NCBI GenBank assembly: GCA_047495785.1
Contig: JBLDXI010000017.1
Span: 2,790,001-2,854,000, forward strand
Length of the DNA stretch: 64,000 bases
Direction of reading: 5' to 3'
Origin: Lepidodermella squamata
Lineage: Eukaryota; Animalia; Gastrotricha
In this document: in pieces, positions 63,601 to 64,000 of the stretch
How positions within the stretch are numbered: the first letter of the stretch is position 1
Layout: every line of letters begins with the position of its first letter
The notes under the pieces: model-generated
Database searches by the model: none
Told to the model about the DNA's origin: nothing
What the model saw: the letters and a program-made list of their open reading frames with translations, nothing else
Translations under genes and position numbers: made by a program

Positions 63601-64000
63601 AGAAATATGCCTTACCTTGCTGAACGGATTTCTGAATGCCTGGTTGCCAGCCATGTGTGTCGGACTGGAAGAGTCAGCCATGTTCCAAATTCTGACAGTA
63701 TCATCGCCCGAGCATGTAATGAAGCTATCCGATGGCAGCAAACCTTGTTCCGCATCAGCCGGAAACACCTACGCAATAGTATCGCATTTCAATTAATTAT
63801 CACACAATGATAACATCAAGTTTGGCAATGCACCAATATCAGGTAAATAAACCAACTAAATACTTACGTCAATCCCCCAAATTTTTGAGGAGTGGAAGAG
63901 CCATGAAGCCGCCTTAGTAACGCGGTCCAAATCTGTGACATTCCAAACGTAGACCGAGTGATCCGAGTAGGTCGCAGCGATACGGCTGTCACCGAGCCAC
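57639..64000 (-). CDS. MAPKBP1: MAPKBP1/WDR62 orthologue-like paralogue Z, 3' part (5' end beyond window)
   Basis: YSDHSVYVW, SFITCSGDDTVRIWN, ELLKIIYVD, GVRCVTVSPDG, EAHDGEILALEYS, LASGGRDRYVHV, HSSSITALKF, TLYDM, ACQDRMIR, GHSEQITGVKF, VSAD|SCIFVWRL. This is the most canonical of the three copies. Confidence 0.88.

Noticed and set aside
1-64000. CRISPR arrays, rRNA, tRNA or prokaryotic defence systems
   Set aside because: None seen; the window is intron-containing animal DNA.

Overview
Eukaryotic, gene-dense animal DNA, not prokaryotic: most genes are split by short (~45-60 nt) GT-AG introns. An Nkx2.1 gene plus a complete TEP1 points to a compact-genome invertebrate, but the taxon cannot be fixed from this window. 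Gene order: ABCB1-like (partial, -), a 587-bp perfect foldback/MITE-like element, ZIP9 (-), TEP1 (-), ~2.8 kb of decayed or unassigned sequence, SmD2 (+), Nkx2.1 (+) inside a ~10 kb gene-poor regulatory zone, three tandem K2P channels (-), CLHC1 (-), MAD2 (+), RTEL1 (-), SPAG16 (+), and three MAPKBP1/WDR62-family paralogues (-) with a small TPR gene (+) between the second and third. Best leads: (1) a MAD2 with three known dimer-interface residues substituted; (2) a K2P trio with GLG/GIG second filters and a shared C-terminal motif I do not recognise; (3) a WDR62 triplication in which one copy carries a recently expanded P/A/K/E/V-rich repeat tail; (4) a very young foldback element upstream of the multidrug pump. 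All gene names come from motif recognition and manual splicing; no database search was run.
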